Assembly (NCBI GenBank): GCA_965222375.1
Contig: CBDCTZ010000008.1
Location: 416,001 to 480,000 of the forward strand
Reading direction: 5' to 3'
Origin: Polyangiaceae bacterium
Lineage (GTDB): Bacteria > Myxococcota_A > Polyangia > Polyangiales > Polyangiaceae
DNA: 64,000 bases
The notes below the pieces were generated by a model that worked only from the letters and a program-made list of their open reading frames with translations, had not been told where the DNA came from and searched no databases. Below, piece by piece: positions 46,234 through 55,013 of this stretch. Positions within the stretch are counted from its first letter, which is position 1, and each line of letters opens with the position of its first letter. The position numbers and the translations under genes are program-made.

Positions 46234-47091
46234 CTAGCACGGCGATGCGCTGGGCCGGGTCAAAAGCGTGCCACCTTCGGGAACGTCCTTCCAGCGTCGA
46301 TGCATCCAGAGCCACTGCTCGGGCTTATTTCGGACTTCGGCCTCCAGGGCGGCGGTGGCCTGCCGCATCACTGATTCGGCCCAGGCGCGCCGAGGCCGCT
46401 CTGGTGGCGCAAAGCGTGCCGCCAACACCAAGCCGTGAGCGCCATCCTCGCCGCGGGTCGGAAAGACCACCAGCAGCGGAACCTTCGCTCGCATAGCCAA
46501 GAGCGCGGGTGAAAGGTCCACTCGTGCAGGCGCACCCAAGAATTGCGTCAGGACCGTCGCCCGCGTTCTCTCTGGTGCTTGGTCAATCAGCATGGCCACG
46601 CTGCGACCTTTCCGCAGCGCGGCCGACACCCCAGCAGCGGCACTTCCCACCGAGAGCAGCTGCAGACCGAAGCGGCCGCGAACCCACTGCCACAACCGAT
46701 CCGCCCAGCGCAGCTTCAGATGCTTGGTCACCACCGCCAGCGGCACTTGCCGAGCGACGGCGCAGGCGCAGAGATCCCAATTCCCAGTGTGGGCGGTGGC
46801 AACCACACTCGCTTCGCTCGGCAGCTTGGCAGCGAAATTGTCGAGCCGCAGGCGTACGAAGATCGTCGCCAAGAGTTCCACCAGGCCCGCGCCCAGGGCC
46901 GCGTACATGGCGTTCGCTGCCTTGGCTGGCTCGAAAATACCAGCACGCCCCATTGCAGCAAGCACATGACGCCGGCGCACCGCAAGCAGGCTGCCCACGA
47001 CGAAACCAAGGACGCACCCGAGCCAGCGTGCAAGCCAGCGCACGGGTCGGGGCATGCGTCCGAGGACAACCCCAGCTGCGTCGAAGCTCAA
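46234..47091 (-). CDS. Lipid A lauroyl / lysophospholipid acyltransferase (LpxL/HtrB family)
   Basis: TAHTGNWD, LIDQ, FLG, PEQWLWMHRRWK. Confidence 0.88.
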   Translation of the reverse strand: MSFDAAGVVLGRMPRPVRWLARWLGCVLGFVVGSLLAVRRRHVLAAMGRAGIFEPAKAANAMYAALGAGLVELLATIFVRLRLDNFAAKLPSEASVVATAHTGNWDLCACAVARQVPLAVVTKHLKLRWADRLWQWVRGRFGLQLLSVGSAAAGVSAALRKGRSVAMLIDQAPERTRATVLTQFLGAPARVDLSPALLAMRAKVPLLVVFPTRGEDGAHGLVLAARFAPPERPRRAWAESVMRQATAALEAEVRNKPEQWLWMHRRWKDVPEGGTLLTRPSASPC

Positions 47092-47369
47092 ACGAAGCCG
47101 GCTTTGCGGGTGGAGCTCTGAGGCGACTCCGCCGCGCCCGCAAACAACAGATCGAGCGCGAGCACGAAGGTCTCACCTTTGGCAGTCCGAGCTTGCAGCA
47201 AGTCACCGTCACGCTTGACGGCAGCAATCCGACTGACCGTCAGACTCACGCCGTTGCAAGCGCCGTACAGGGTCATGTGCCGACCCGTGGGCAACGCCTG
47301 CCAGCCTTCCTTGTCCTTTTTGCCGGCCTCAGCCGTGGCCATCAGCGACGCAAGATGATCTTCGGTCAT
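47088..47369 (-). CDS. Small hypothetical protein
   Basis: Stop overlaps the start of the acyltransferase gene; ends RKAGF. Confidence 0.6.
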   Translation of the reverse strand: MTEDHLASLMATAEAGKKDKEGWQALPTGRHMTLYGACNGVSLTVSRIAAVKRDGDLLQARTAKGETFVLALDLLFAGAAESPQSSTRKAGFV

Positions 47370-47497
47370 GGGCGGCAGAACATGCCCCGCCCGCGGCGCA
47401 TGTCAAGCCATCCACCAACCCGGGGCCGACATGGCGCCCATCCGGGCGGCCACAAATGGTGGCATGGCAGCAGGTGGCGGGTATGGTCGGGCCTCTC

Positions 47498-48301
47498 ATG
47501 TCGACGTCTGGGCCCACCCCCTACGACACGCCGGCACCACACCTGCTGGTGGAAGGGGTCTCTCGGCAGTTCGGGGATTTCTTCGCCCTGCGCAATATCG
47601 ACATGCGCATCCAACGCGGCAACATCGTCGTCATCATCGGCGGCTCGGGTGCGGGCAAAACCACGCTCCTCAAGATCCTGATTGGCTTGGACAAACCCAC
47701 TGAGGGCCGGGTGATCATCGACGACGTCGACATCGTCCCCCTCGGCGAGAGAGCCATGAACCAAGCCCGACGCAAGATGGGAATGGTGTTCCAGTACTCG
47801 GCGCTCCTCGACTCCATGAACGTGATGGACAACGTCGCGTTCCCCCTCCGGGAGCACACCGGCCTGCGCGAAAAGGAGATCCGCAAACGCGTGCTCGAGA
47901 AGCTGTCGATCCTCGGGCTGGAGAACATCGACGAGCGGTTCCCCAGCCAACTCTCTGGCGGGATGAGAAAGCGCGTAGGCTTGGCGCGAGCCCTGATGTT
48001 GGAGCCCGAAGTGCTGATGTATGACGAGCCGACCAGCGGCCTCGATCCGATCACCTGTCGCATGGTGGATGATCTGATCGTCGATACGCGCAATCGGTTT
48101 GGCGTCACCAGCGTCGTCATCAGCCACGACATGGCGGGCGCGCTGCGCATCGCCGACTACATCTATCTGCTCGAGCAAGGCCAGATCGCCGCTCACGGCG
48201 GCCCCGCGGATTTGGTGGAGGGCACGCACCCCACGGTGCGCAAGTTCTTCGATTCAAGCGGAATTTCCGCCAAAGACTTGCTCCACGAACGCGAGCGCTA
48301 G
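47498..48301 (+). CDS. ABC transporter ATP-binding protein, second MlaF-like paralog
   Basis: GGSGAGKT, VFQYSALLDS, LSGGMRKRVGLARAL, YDEPTSGLDP, SHD. Confidence 0.9.
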   Translation: MSTSGPTPYDTPAPHLLVEGVSRQFGDFFALRNIDMRIQRGNIVVIIGGSGAGKTTLLKILIGLDKPTEGRVIIDDVDIVPLGERAMNQARRKMGMVFQYSALLDSMNVMDNVAFPLREHTGLREKEIRKRVLEKLSILGLENIDERFPSQLSGGMRKRVGLARALMLEPEVLMYDEPTSGLDPITCRMVDDLIVDTRNRFGVTSVVISHDMAGALRIADYIYLLEQGQIAAHGGPADLVEGTHPTVRKFFDSSGISAKDLLHERER

Positions 48302-48870
48302 GGCGCTGCCACGCGCAGCACGCGCCCGGCTTCGAGCCGGTAGGCATCGCCATTGATGGGGCAGCACGCACGACCCGCAGCATCGAAAGCTAGCGACTCG
48401 CCTCGCTCACTGACCCAACCCATGTGCCGCGCAGGATTGCCGCCAACCTGTTCGTTCGCGAGCACGTCGTGGGTCACGACGGCGCCCGCCGCGACGAAGG
48501 CGAAAGCACCAATGCTCACCCCGGGCAGCACGGTGGCATTCGCACCGATGGTGGCCCCCTGACGGATCAACGTCTTGCGGAAACCCTCCTTCTGAGAAAA
48601 GAACGCCCGGGGTCGCAGCACATTGGTGAACACGACGCTTGGACCCACGAAGACATCGGCCTCGAGTTCGACGCCGTCGAAGACACTCACGTGGTTCTGG
48701 ATTCGCGTGCGCGCACCTACACGTACACTGGGGCCAACGTAGCAGCCCATGCCCAGGCTGACGCCATCCTCCAAAACGGCCCCAGCGCGCACGTGGCAGA
48801 AGCACCAGATCCGACAGCCTGCGCCGATCTCCGCGCCCGGCTCCACGATCGCCGTCGGGTGAATCATCAC
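48298..48870 (-). CDS. Hexapeptide-repeat N-acetyltransferase, WbpD-like
   Basis: IHPTAIV, IQNHVSVFDGV, GPSVVFTNVLRPRA, GATIGANAT, GNPARHMGWV, C-terminal CP. Confidence 0.88.
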   Translation of the reverse strand: MMIHPTAIVEPGAEIGAGCRIWCFCHVRAGAVLEDGVSLGMGCYVGPSVRVGARTRIQNHVSVFDGVELEADVFVGPSVVFTNVLRPRAFFSQKEGFRKTLIRQGATIGANATVLPGVSIGAFAFVAAGAVVTHDVLANEQVGGNPARHMGWVSERGESLAFDAAGRACCPINGDAYRLEAGRVLRVAAP

Positions 48871-48998
48871 GCGCCAGTATAAACCCGTGCGTCCGGGACG
48901 CTTTTGTCGAAGCGGAGGTTGACTCCTGCGAGGCTAGGCGACCATGCTCGGGCCCTGTCCCTTTGCGCGGCTGGCCATTGTCCAGAGGAGCCAATCTC

Positions 48999-49829
48999 AT
49001 GCGAAAAATCGCCACTTTGATCCCCTTATTCGCCCTTTGTCTGACTTCCGTAGCGAGCGCCCAAGACGATGACGTGATGGACGCTGACGCCGAGGCCGAA
49101 GGCGAAGGCAGCGCCTCCGTCGGCGTCGGAGCCGGCGCCGGCGCTGGCGCCTCCGTGGGCATGCTGACCGGATTCGGCAGATCCGGGACCTTCGTGATCG
49201 GCGCCGAGCGGCTGATGGGGTTTTCGCAGACGACGACCAAGATCAAAGTTGACGATCCGGCTGTCGCCCGCGAGGTGGATTCTAGCCAGACCTCGTTCTA
49301 TTTTCTCGGCAGCAATCCGGGCGCGAGTGACTTGGGCGGCACTCCGCCATCTCAGGGATCGCCGTTTGTCGCACCACGCATCGGATTCGACTACTTCGTG
49401 GTGGACAATGTCAGCGTTGGCGGCTCGGTCACGTACATCAGCGATTCCAGCTCTGGTGACCAGACTCAGGGCAATCAGCAGACGGATCTGGCGGACATCA
49501 AGAGCAACGTCTTCTCGGTGTCACCGCGAGCGGGCTATGCGTTGATGTTTAGCGAGACCTTCGGCCTGTGGCCTCGCGGCGGAATCACGTACGTGTCCCA
49601 CAAGCTAGAAGTGAATGACACTGAGATCTCCGGGACGTTGCTCGCGTTGAGCCTAGAGGGCAATCTGGTGATCACTCCGGTGCCTCACGCGGGGTTCCTG
49701 ATCGGCCCGACCTTGGATTTTCCGTTCTTGGGCAGCGGCGAAGCGAAGGCTGGCCAAAACACCACGGATCTGGACACTTTCAAGGTCACGACCTTCGGGC
49801 TCCAGGCCGGCTTGTTCATCTGGCTGTAG
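48999..49829 (+). CDS. Outer-membrane beta-barrel protein
   Basis: GAGGAG RBS, signal peptide, alternating beta-strands (APRIGFDYFV, SPRAGY, WPRGGITY), aromatic C-terminal strand. Confidence 0.8.
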   Translation: MRKIATLIPLFALCLTSVASAQDDDVMDADAEAEGEGSASVGVGAGAGAGASVGMLTGFGRSGTFVIGAERLMGFSQTTTKIKVDDPAVAREVDSSQTSFYFLGSNPGASDLGGTPPSQGSPFVAPRIGFDYFVVDNVSVGGSVTYISDSSSGDQTQGNQQTDLADIKSNVFSVSPRAGYALMFSETFGLWPRGGITYVSHKLEVNDTEISGTLLALSLEGNLVITPVPHAGFLIGPTLDFPFLGSGEAKAGQNTTDLDTFKVTTFGLQAGLFIWL

Positions 49830-49832
49830 CGC

Positions 49833-51362
49833 TCAGAAGCACTTCGCGATTTCGAGGCAGTTGCTCTTGCTGTTGATGCAGTGAGCGGCAGACCGCGTGA
49901 TACCCACACACGCGCCCACGGGACAGGTGACTCCGCAGCCCTTCAACTTGGCGCAGGCCGCGTCACACACGGAGGAGTTGCTAGCGGGCTTCGGCGCCGG
50001 CGCCGCCGTCTTGGTGGCCGTCGCTGTGGGCGTGGCGGCAGGCGCAGGACCCGGGGCCGGGCCCGGCTTGGGTCTGGGGGGCTGCGCAACGCCCGTGGGC
50101 TCGGGGCTACCGGCTGCCTTGGGACTCGGCGCAGCCACTGCCGAGCCTGCTTCGGGCGTGGCGGCCACAGTGGGCGCGCTCGCGCTCGGGCTTGCGCTCG
50201 CCGCGGTCTGAACAAAATCGGCGGCGAACACCGTCACGCCCACCGCCACCGCGATCACAGCGAACAGCGCCGCGCCGATCACGCCGAGAATCACGAATAC
50301 GGCGCGCCCCCCGGACTTCGCCGGCGCGGGGGCCGCAGGCATCGACGCGGAGTGGGCTGCTGAATGAGGCGGATGCAGACTCGGGGAGCTGGCATAGGCA
50401 CCTGCTGCCGGAGCTAGCGGCGCTTGGCTAGCCGGCGCCGCGGCGTAACCCTGGGGGCTGGGCAGGCTGGCGCCCCCGGGCACGCCCGAGGCATGAGGTG
50501 AACGGGTCGTAGGCTGGCCCACAACCTGAGCGAAGGTGTCGGCAAGCTCGAGGGCCGTGGCAAAGCGCTGCTCGGGCTCGCGAGCCAATGCGCGGGCCAT
50601 GAAGGCATCCAGGGCAGACGGCAGGCCACCCGCCGTCGAAGGCGGCGGCGCTGGTTCGGTGCAGATCTGCAACAACAGATCCCCCAGGGCGTGACTGTCG
50701 TAGGGGCGCCGCCCGGTCGTGCACTCGTAGGCGATCACACCGAGGGCCCAGAGATCCGTCCGGTGGTCCACCTCCTTGCGACCGCGGGCCTGCTCGGGAC
50801 TCATGTAGTGAGGCGTTCCCATCACGGAGCCGGTACCCGTGAGCTGCTCGACTTCCATTTGTTCGACCAGCTTGGCGATCCCGAAATCGAGCACCTTCAC
50901 CAGTTCGCGATCGACATCACGGACTAGGAAGATGTTGTCGGGCTTCAGATCCCGGTGAACGATCCCGGCTTCGTGGGCCTTGTGCAAGGCCCGCGCGCTT
51001 TGGGTGATGATCGCCGCTGTGGCCGCGAGTTCCAACCGACCGACTCGTCGCAGTCGTTGAGCCAAGCTCTCGCCTTCGAGCAGCTCCATCACGATGAAGG
51101 GCGCGCTGCCCTCGACGCCGACATCGAAGATCTGCACGACGTGGGGGCTGCGCAGCGCCGCCGCTGCCTGCGCCTCCCGAAGGAATCGAGCGTGACCGTG
51201 CGCGCTGTCCTGGGCGCGCTCATTGAGCACCTTCACCGCCACCGGGCTCGAGAGCACCAGGTGATCCGCTCGCCAGACCGTTCCCATGCCGCCGGATCCC
51301 AGCGGCTCCACGAGGCGATACTTGCCAGCCAGAATGGCACCGGGTTGAAGGGATTGGCTCAC
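49833..51362 (-). CDS. Membrane-anchored Ser/Thr protein kinase
   Basis: LGSGGMG, VAVK, HRDLKPDN, DFG, GTPHYMSPEQ, DLWALG; TM; Pro-rich stalk; Cys-rich tip. Confidence 0.95.
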   Translation of the reverse strand: MSQSLQPGAILAGKYRLVEPLGSGGMGTVWRADHLVLSSPVAVKVLNERAQDSAHGHARFLREAQAAAALRSPHVVQIFDVGVEGSAPFIVMELLEGESLAQRLRRVGRLELAATAAIITQSARALHKAHEAGIVHRDLKPDNIFLVRDVDRELVKVLDFGIAKLVEQMEVEQLTGTGSVMGTPHYMSPEQARGRKEVDHRTDLWALGVIAYECTTGRRPYDSHALGDLLLQICTEPAPPPSTAGGLPSALDAFMARALAREPEQRFATALELADTFAQVVGQPTTRSPHASGVPGGASLPSPQGYAAAPASQAPLAPAAGAYASSPSLHPPHSAAHSASMPAAPAPAKSGGRAVFVILGVIGAALFAVIAVAVGVTVFAADFVQTAASASPSASAPTVAATPEAGSAVAAPSPKAAGSPEPTGVAQPPRPKPGPAPGPAPAATPTATATKTAAPAPKPASNSSVCDAACAKLKGCGVTCPVGACVGITRSAAHCINSKSNCLEIAKCF

Positions 51363-51548
51363 GCGAGAAACCAGCAAAGCTCAGCTCGGGGGCCTCAGCA
51401 AGAAAAGCGAACTGTCGAGCGACAAACCCCTCTCCGACACGACCAACCTCCGCCTCCAGACCTGGCCTTCGTGCGCCTGGGGCGCTAGATCCGTAGTCGC
51501 CTCGGCTTGGTGAAGCCCGCCCCCGCAGCCCCCCGCGACGGACAGCTG

Positions 51549-51731
51549 GTGAGTGAGCTAACAGTCGCCGATACGACGCGCTGAGTCGATCTCGAGCGCG
51601 TCGGGGCCGGGTCGGTCACCCTCGTCGTGCATAGTCGCGACCTACCCGACCTGGAGACTCTGCGCAGCTGGGTCACCCGGGCGCTGGACCTGCTGGGCGA
51701 CGCGCCGAAGGGGGCGCCTCGAGGGTTCTAA
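51549..51731 (+). pseudogene. Possible gene remnant with internal TGA (51582)
   Basis: Frame reads ...VDLERVGAGSVTLVVHSRDLPDLETLRSWVTRALDLLG...F* with coding-like GC3 and ends at TAAC next to a palindrome. Confidence 0.3.
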
Positions 51732-51736
51732 CCACG

Positions 51737-51773
51737 GCGGGGACTTATATGCACTGTGCATATAAGTTCCCGC
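51737..51773. repeat. Near-perfect 18-bp inverted repeat with an AT-rich core
   Basis: GCGGGGACTTATATGCAC-T-GTGCATATAAGTTCCCGC (one G/T mismatch). Confidence 0.9.
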
Positions 51774-51792
51774 GACCCTTTGAGCGTGAGAT

Positions 51793-52254
51793 CTAGGTCG
51801 AGAGATCATAAAGCACGTCGTCGGCTAGGCGGCGGGAAGGTCGGCGGCGTCTTCGCTTGGAAGCCGGCTTGGAGGTCGCAGGTGGGGGACGCGGAGGCGC
51901 ATACGCGCTGGCGCCGACAGGCGCGTGGCAATGCGTGCATTCCTTTGGGTAGCGCCCGATGGCGATGATCCAGTACGCGGGTTGAGCAGGCCCCCGGGCG
52001 ATGGGTCGCCAGCAGAATGGGCACTTCGCGTTCAAAACGAAGGTGAGCGCTATGAGCAGCGGGAACTGCGCTGCCAGTAGATACATGAAGAGACTAAAAC
52101 CGCCGGCGTAAAGGTACGCCGCCACTATTGCTAAATAGATGGACCGACGAGCCAGCGTGTGCACGAAGCACGCCGCCCTGTAGCGGTCCCAATTTCGGTT
52201 CTCAGGGGTCTGGGTGGCAGCGGGAATGGCTGGGGTTCGATAGGGGTGGCTCAT
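51793..52254 (-). CDS. Small membrane protein with CxxC...CxxC motif
   Basis: GAGG RBS inside the end of the upstream gene; two TMs; CPFC and CTHC. Confidence 0.65.
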   Translation of the reverse strand: MSHPYRTPAIPAATQTPENRNWDRYRAACFVHTLARRSIYLAIVAAYLYAGGFSLFMYLLAAQFPLLIALTFVLNAKCPFCWRPIARGPAQPAYWIIAIGRYPKECTHCHAPVGASAYAPPRPPPATSKPASKRRRRRPSRRLADDVLYDLST

Positions 52255-52260
52255 GCTGGA

Positions 52261-53382
52261 TTACCTCGTGTAGTGAGCCCGGGGCACGCGGACTTGCCAG
52301 AGTTCGGCAGCGGACTGGGTTTGACCCTGCTGGCGCTGGTCAACGCCGGGCGCTGGTGACTGCGCGCCGCTCGTGCCGGGCGAGCGCTGCGCGGCCGCTG
52401 CGCTCGCGCCCTGCTGGATGACGGATCCGTACGCGCTGATGCGGTCCATCCGCTGCCGATCTGCGTGGCCGAGCCTCTGACCGACACCAAGCTCAACCGC
52501 GAGCGCGTAACCCGCGATGCCGACGGCGCCGAGCAGTCCGCCGCTCTTCAGTGAGTCGATGGAACGGTTGTAGGCGGCGAACTTCTCTTCGAAGCTCTTG
52601 AAGCCCTTGACGGCGCCCGAGTTCTTTCCCGGACCCGCTGCGCTTTGGCAGGTGCGACCGACGATGCGCTCGAGTTCGTGCTTGGCGGCGCCATATTTCT
52701 CGCCCAGCTCCCGGCGCGCATCGCGCAGCCCTTTTTCGTCACGCTCTGCGGCCCACACGGCGTCGGCGATCCCTTCCCGGAACACGCCGTTAACTTCGTC
52801 ATCAGCGCGCTGCGTCCGCGCAGCTGCGACACGCTCCCGCGCGTCGCCGATCGCGGCGTCGACCGCCCGCACGAGGCGTTCGTGGTGGTCGGCCAGCGTC
52901 TCCAAGCGCTTGTATGCCTCGAACTGCATTTCTACGGGCGGCTGGGGACTGGCGTCAGCCCGGAGCAGTGGGTACGTCTTGGGAAACTGCGGCGTGGGCT
53001 TGCTGGGACGAGTTGGTAGCGGTGGCACTGGCGGTCGCGACTGCTTAGCCACGACGCTGCGCACTGCGGCGGCGTCGGGGTGACTGGAGCGCACTGGAGT
53101 CGGAAGCGCCTCCGTCTTCTGCCGCGACTGGTCCTGCAGCGCCCCGAGAGCCTTCTCAGCGTCGCTGTGCCGCGCCTTGGGCGGCACCGACGCTGGCTTG
53201 GACCAGAACGGCTTCTGGCCCGCAGCGTTCTTGGCAACGAGCAGCTTGCTGCTCGGAGTCAGCCGCGGACCAAAGTCTGCGATGCTCAGTTTGGCTGGGG
53301 CCGGCTTTGCTTCCGGCTCGTTTTCGTCGGGCTGTTTCGGCTCACGGGCAATCGGGCCAGGGCGCTTGGGTTCTGTACGCAT
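52261..53382 (-). CDS. Hypothetical protein: Pro-rich disordered N-terminus, coiled coil, late hydrophobic helix
   Basis: ATG 53382; no Sec signal; GGLLGAVGIAGYALAVELG segment. Confidence 0.6.
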   Translation of the reverse strand: MRTEPKRPGPIAREPKQPDENEPEAKPAPAKLSIADFGPRLTPSSKLLVAKNAAGQKPFWSKPASVPPKARHSDAEKALGALQDQSRQKTEALPTPVRSSHPDAAAVRSVVAKQSRPPVPPLPTRPSKPTPQFPKTYPLLRADASPQPPVEMQFEAYKRLETLADHHERLVRAVDAAIGDARERVAAARTQRADDEVNGVFREGIADAVWAAERDEKGLRDARRELGEKYGAAKHELERIVGRTCQSAAGPGKNSGAVKGFKSFEEKFAAYNRSIDSLKSGGLLGAVGIAGYALAVELGVGQRLGHADRQRMDRISAYGSVIQQGASAAAAQRSPGTSGAQSPAPGVDQRQQGQTQSAAELWQVRVPRAHYTR

Positions 53383-53392
53383 TGTCAGTCCA

Positions 53393-53418
53393 CTTCGGTC
53401 GGTGCGGAGCTGAGTTGC
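53393..53418 (-). promoter_or_regulatory. Promoter-like motif GCAACT-N14-CCGAAG
   Basis: Ends 10 nt before ATG 53382; same motif and spacing at 53633-53658. Confidence 0.45.
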
Positions 53419-53632
53419 CTGGTTTCTTCCGATTTTGTCGCATCGCGCTGCGGCGTCCGTATCGCGCTGGCGAGAGGCACAACGACGGGGCGCGAGTTCG
53501 CCCTGCTTTTCGTGACGCGCCCGCTGGCCCCAAGACGAGAGGCAGGCGACAGCGACGCAATGCGAACCGACCCCAAACCAACCACCCAAGATGCGCTCAG
53601 GCGTCTGCTTTGCCGGCGGCAAAACTTTGCGC

Positions 53633-53658
53633 GCAACTGCGTGACGGCGCGGCCGAGC
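53633..53658 (+). promoter_or_regulatory. Promoter-like motif GCAACT-N14-CCGAGC
   Basis: Ends 7 nt before ATG 53666; mirror of the motif at 53393-53418. Confidence 0.45.
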
Positions 53659-53665
53659 AGGTGCC

Positions 53666-54724
53666 ATGAGCGAGGCAATGCGTGTTTCGGGCGCTCCACC
53701 CCGGCCCCAGGTCGACTACCTGGAGACTCAGTTCGAGCGCAGCATCCGAGCCCGCGCGCCGCGGGCCCGCGTGGCGCCGCGCGTCGACGTCCGAGCTGTC
53801 GCGAGCGTCAGAAAGGGCGCTCAACTGGAGGCGATAGGAAAGCGCCTCGACGCACTGCTGAGGGAGGCACAGGGCCCGTACACCGTGGGCGGCCAAAGCG
53901 TTCGCGTCACGCCGGCGTTTCGCACACGGTACGGAGAGTCGGCAGCCCAGACCGCCGCTTACGTGCGAGACATCAAGCGAGCGGTGGGGCCGAAAGCGTG
54001 GAGAGACATCGCGATGGCAGCGGCGCATGCAACCGGCTCCCGCGGATCCCTGGCGAACATCAAGCGCGTGACTCAAGCACTGCTGAAGTCGCCACGGGGT
54101 GAAGCGATCGTCGCGAAGTTCAAGGACGACTCGGCCAAGGCAGTCCGGAACGTCATGGTGGAGTTCGGCATCGGCCTCGACTGCCGCGGCTACGCGGTTC
54201 ACGGGTTCTTGGCTGCGCGGTCGGTTAACGGCGTCGCTGTACCCAAGGCGAAATACGGATTCGACGCTGGAATGACGCCGCCGCATGCCAGCAGGCACCT
54301 CAAGGGCGTCGACATCGCGCAGGCGCGCACCGGCGATCTGCTTCGGCTCTTGCCCGACACGCAAAACGGCAACCGGGACCACAACGTGGTGGTGCGCTCG
54401 AACGAAGCGCAGACTGCGGCTGCAGGAAACGCATTGCGGGTCGCGGGGAGGAGTGTCGACCCGGGTCCTCTCAGGACTCCGGGCGGCGCACCGACTCGTC
54501 TGAGGGTGCTCAGCGTCGACTCTTCCTGGGGCAACGCTCGACGCTTGCCCGACGGTGGCTACGCGCCCGAACCGACGTGGGGCGGCGTCGAGCGCCGGGT
54601 TTGGGTCCACAACCCCACCACGGGGCAGTGGGGTCGAGTCAGCGGTGGGCGCGTCGTCGAAACCCCTCTTGGCCCCGGCAACCACCAACAAGCGCGCGCC
54701 TATCGCGCCATCGGAGAATCATGA
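53666..54724 (+). CDS. Hypothetical protein with NlpC/P60-like (papain-fold) catalytic motifs
   Basis: GIGLDCRGY, ARTGDLL, DHNVVV, VDSSWG in canonical order; no signal peptide. Confidence 0.6.
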   Translation: MSEAMRVSGAPPRPQVDYLETQFERSIRARAPRARVAPRVDVRAVASVRKGAQLEAIGKRLDALLREAQGPYTVGGQSVRVTPAFRTRYGESAAQTAAYVRDIKRAVGPKAWRDIAMAAAHATGSRGSLANIKRVTQALLKSPRGEAIVAKFKDDSAKAVRNVMVEFGIGLDCRGYAVHGFLAARSVNGVAVPKAKYGFDAGMTPPHASRHLKGVDIAQARTGDLLRLLPDTQNGNRDHNVVVRSNEAQTAAAGNALRVAGRSVDPGPLRTPGGAPTRLRVLSVDSSWGNARRLPDGGYAPEPTWGGVERRVWVHNPTTGQWGRVSGGRVVETPLGPGNHQQARAYRAIGES

Positions 54725-54957
54725 ACAACCTACGCTCCCTCATTCTGCTCCCCTTCGTCGTCGTCCAAGTCGTTGCAGCCGGCTGCAAGGTCAACCTGCA
54801 GGCCGAAGATCGCCAGCTCCGGACACGGGCGGGCGGCCACAGGGTGTACCCGGCCGAGAGTTCAAAAGCTGCGCATGCCTTGCAAGGACGCCGGACCGGA
54901 AAGGAGGCGCCCAAGCCGTCCGCTCGCCAGGCAACGCCAGTCGCAGTGAGTCGCTGA
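54721..54957 (+). CDS. Short putative lipoprotein, possibly degenerate
   Basis: ATGA overlap with the upstream stop, GGAG RBS, MNNLRSLILLPFVVVQVVAAGC lipobox. Confidence 0.45.
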   Translation: MNNLRSLILLPFVVVQVVAAGCKVNLQAEDRQLRTRAGGHRVYPAESSKAAHALQGRRTGKEAPKPSARQATPVAVSR

Positions 54958-55013
54958 CCGGGGCGGCCATTTCGCCCGTCGGCTCGGGGGCGGCACGTAC
55001 TATCATCGCCCGC

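Noticed and set aside
51582..51584. Selenocysteine read-through of the in-frame TGA
   Set aside because: No recognisable selenoprotein context or convincing SECIS hairpin; a nonsense mutation or chance is simpler.
51737..51773. dif (XerCD) site
   Set aside because: Lacks the 11-6-11 layout and the TTATGTTAAAT-like XerD arm.
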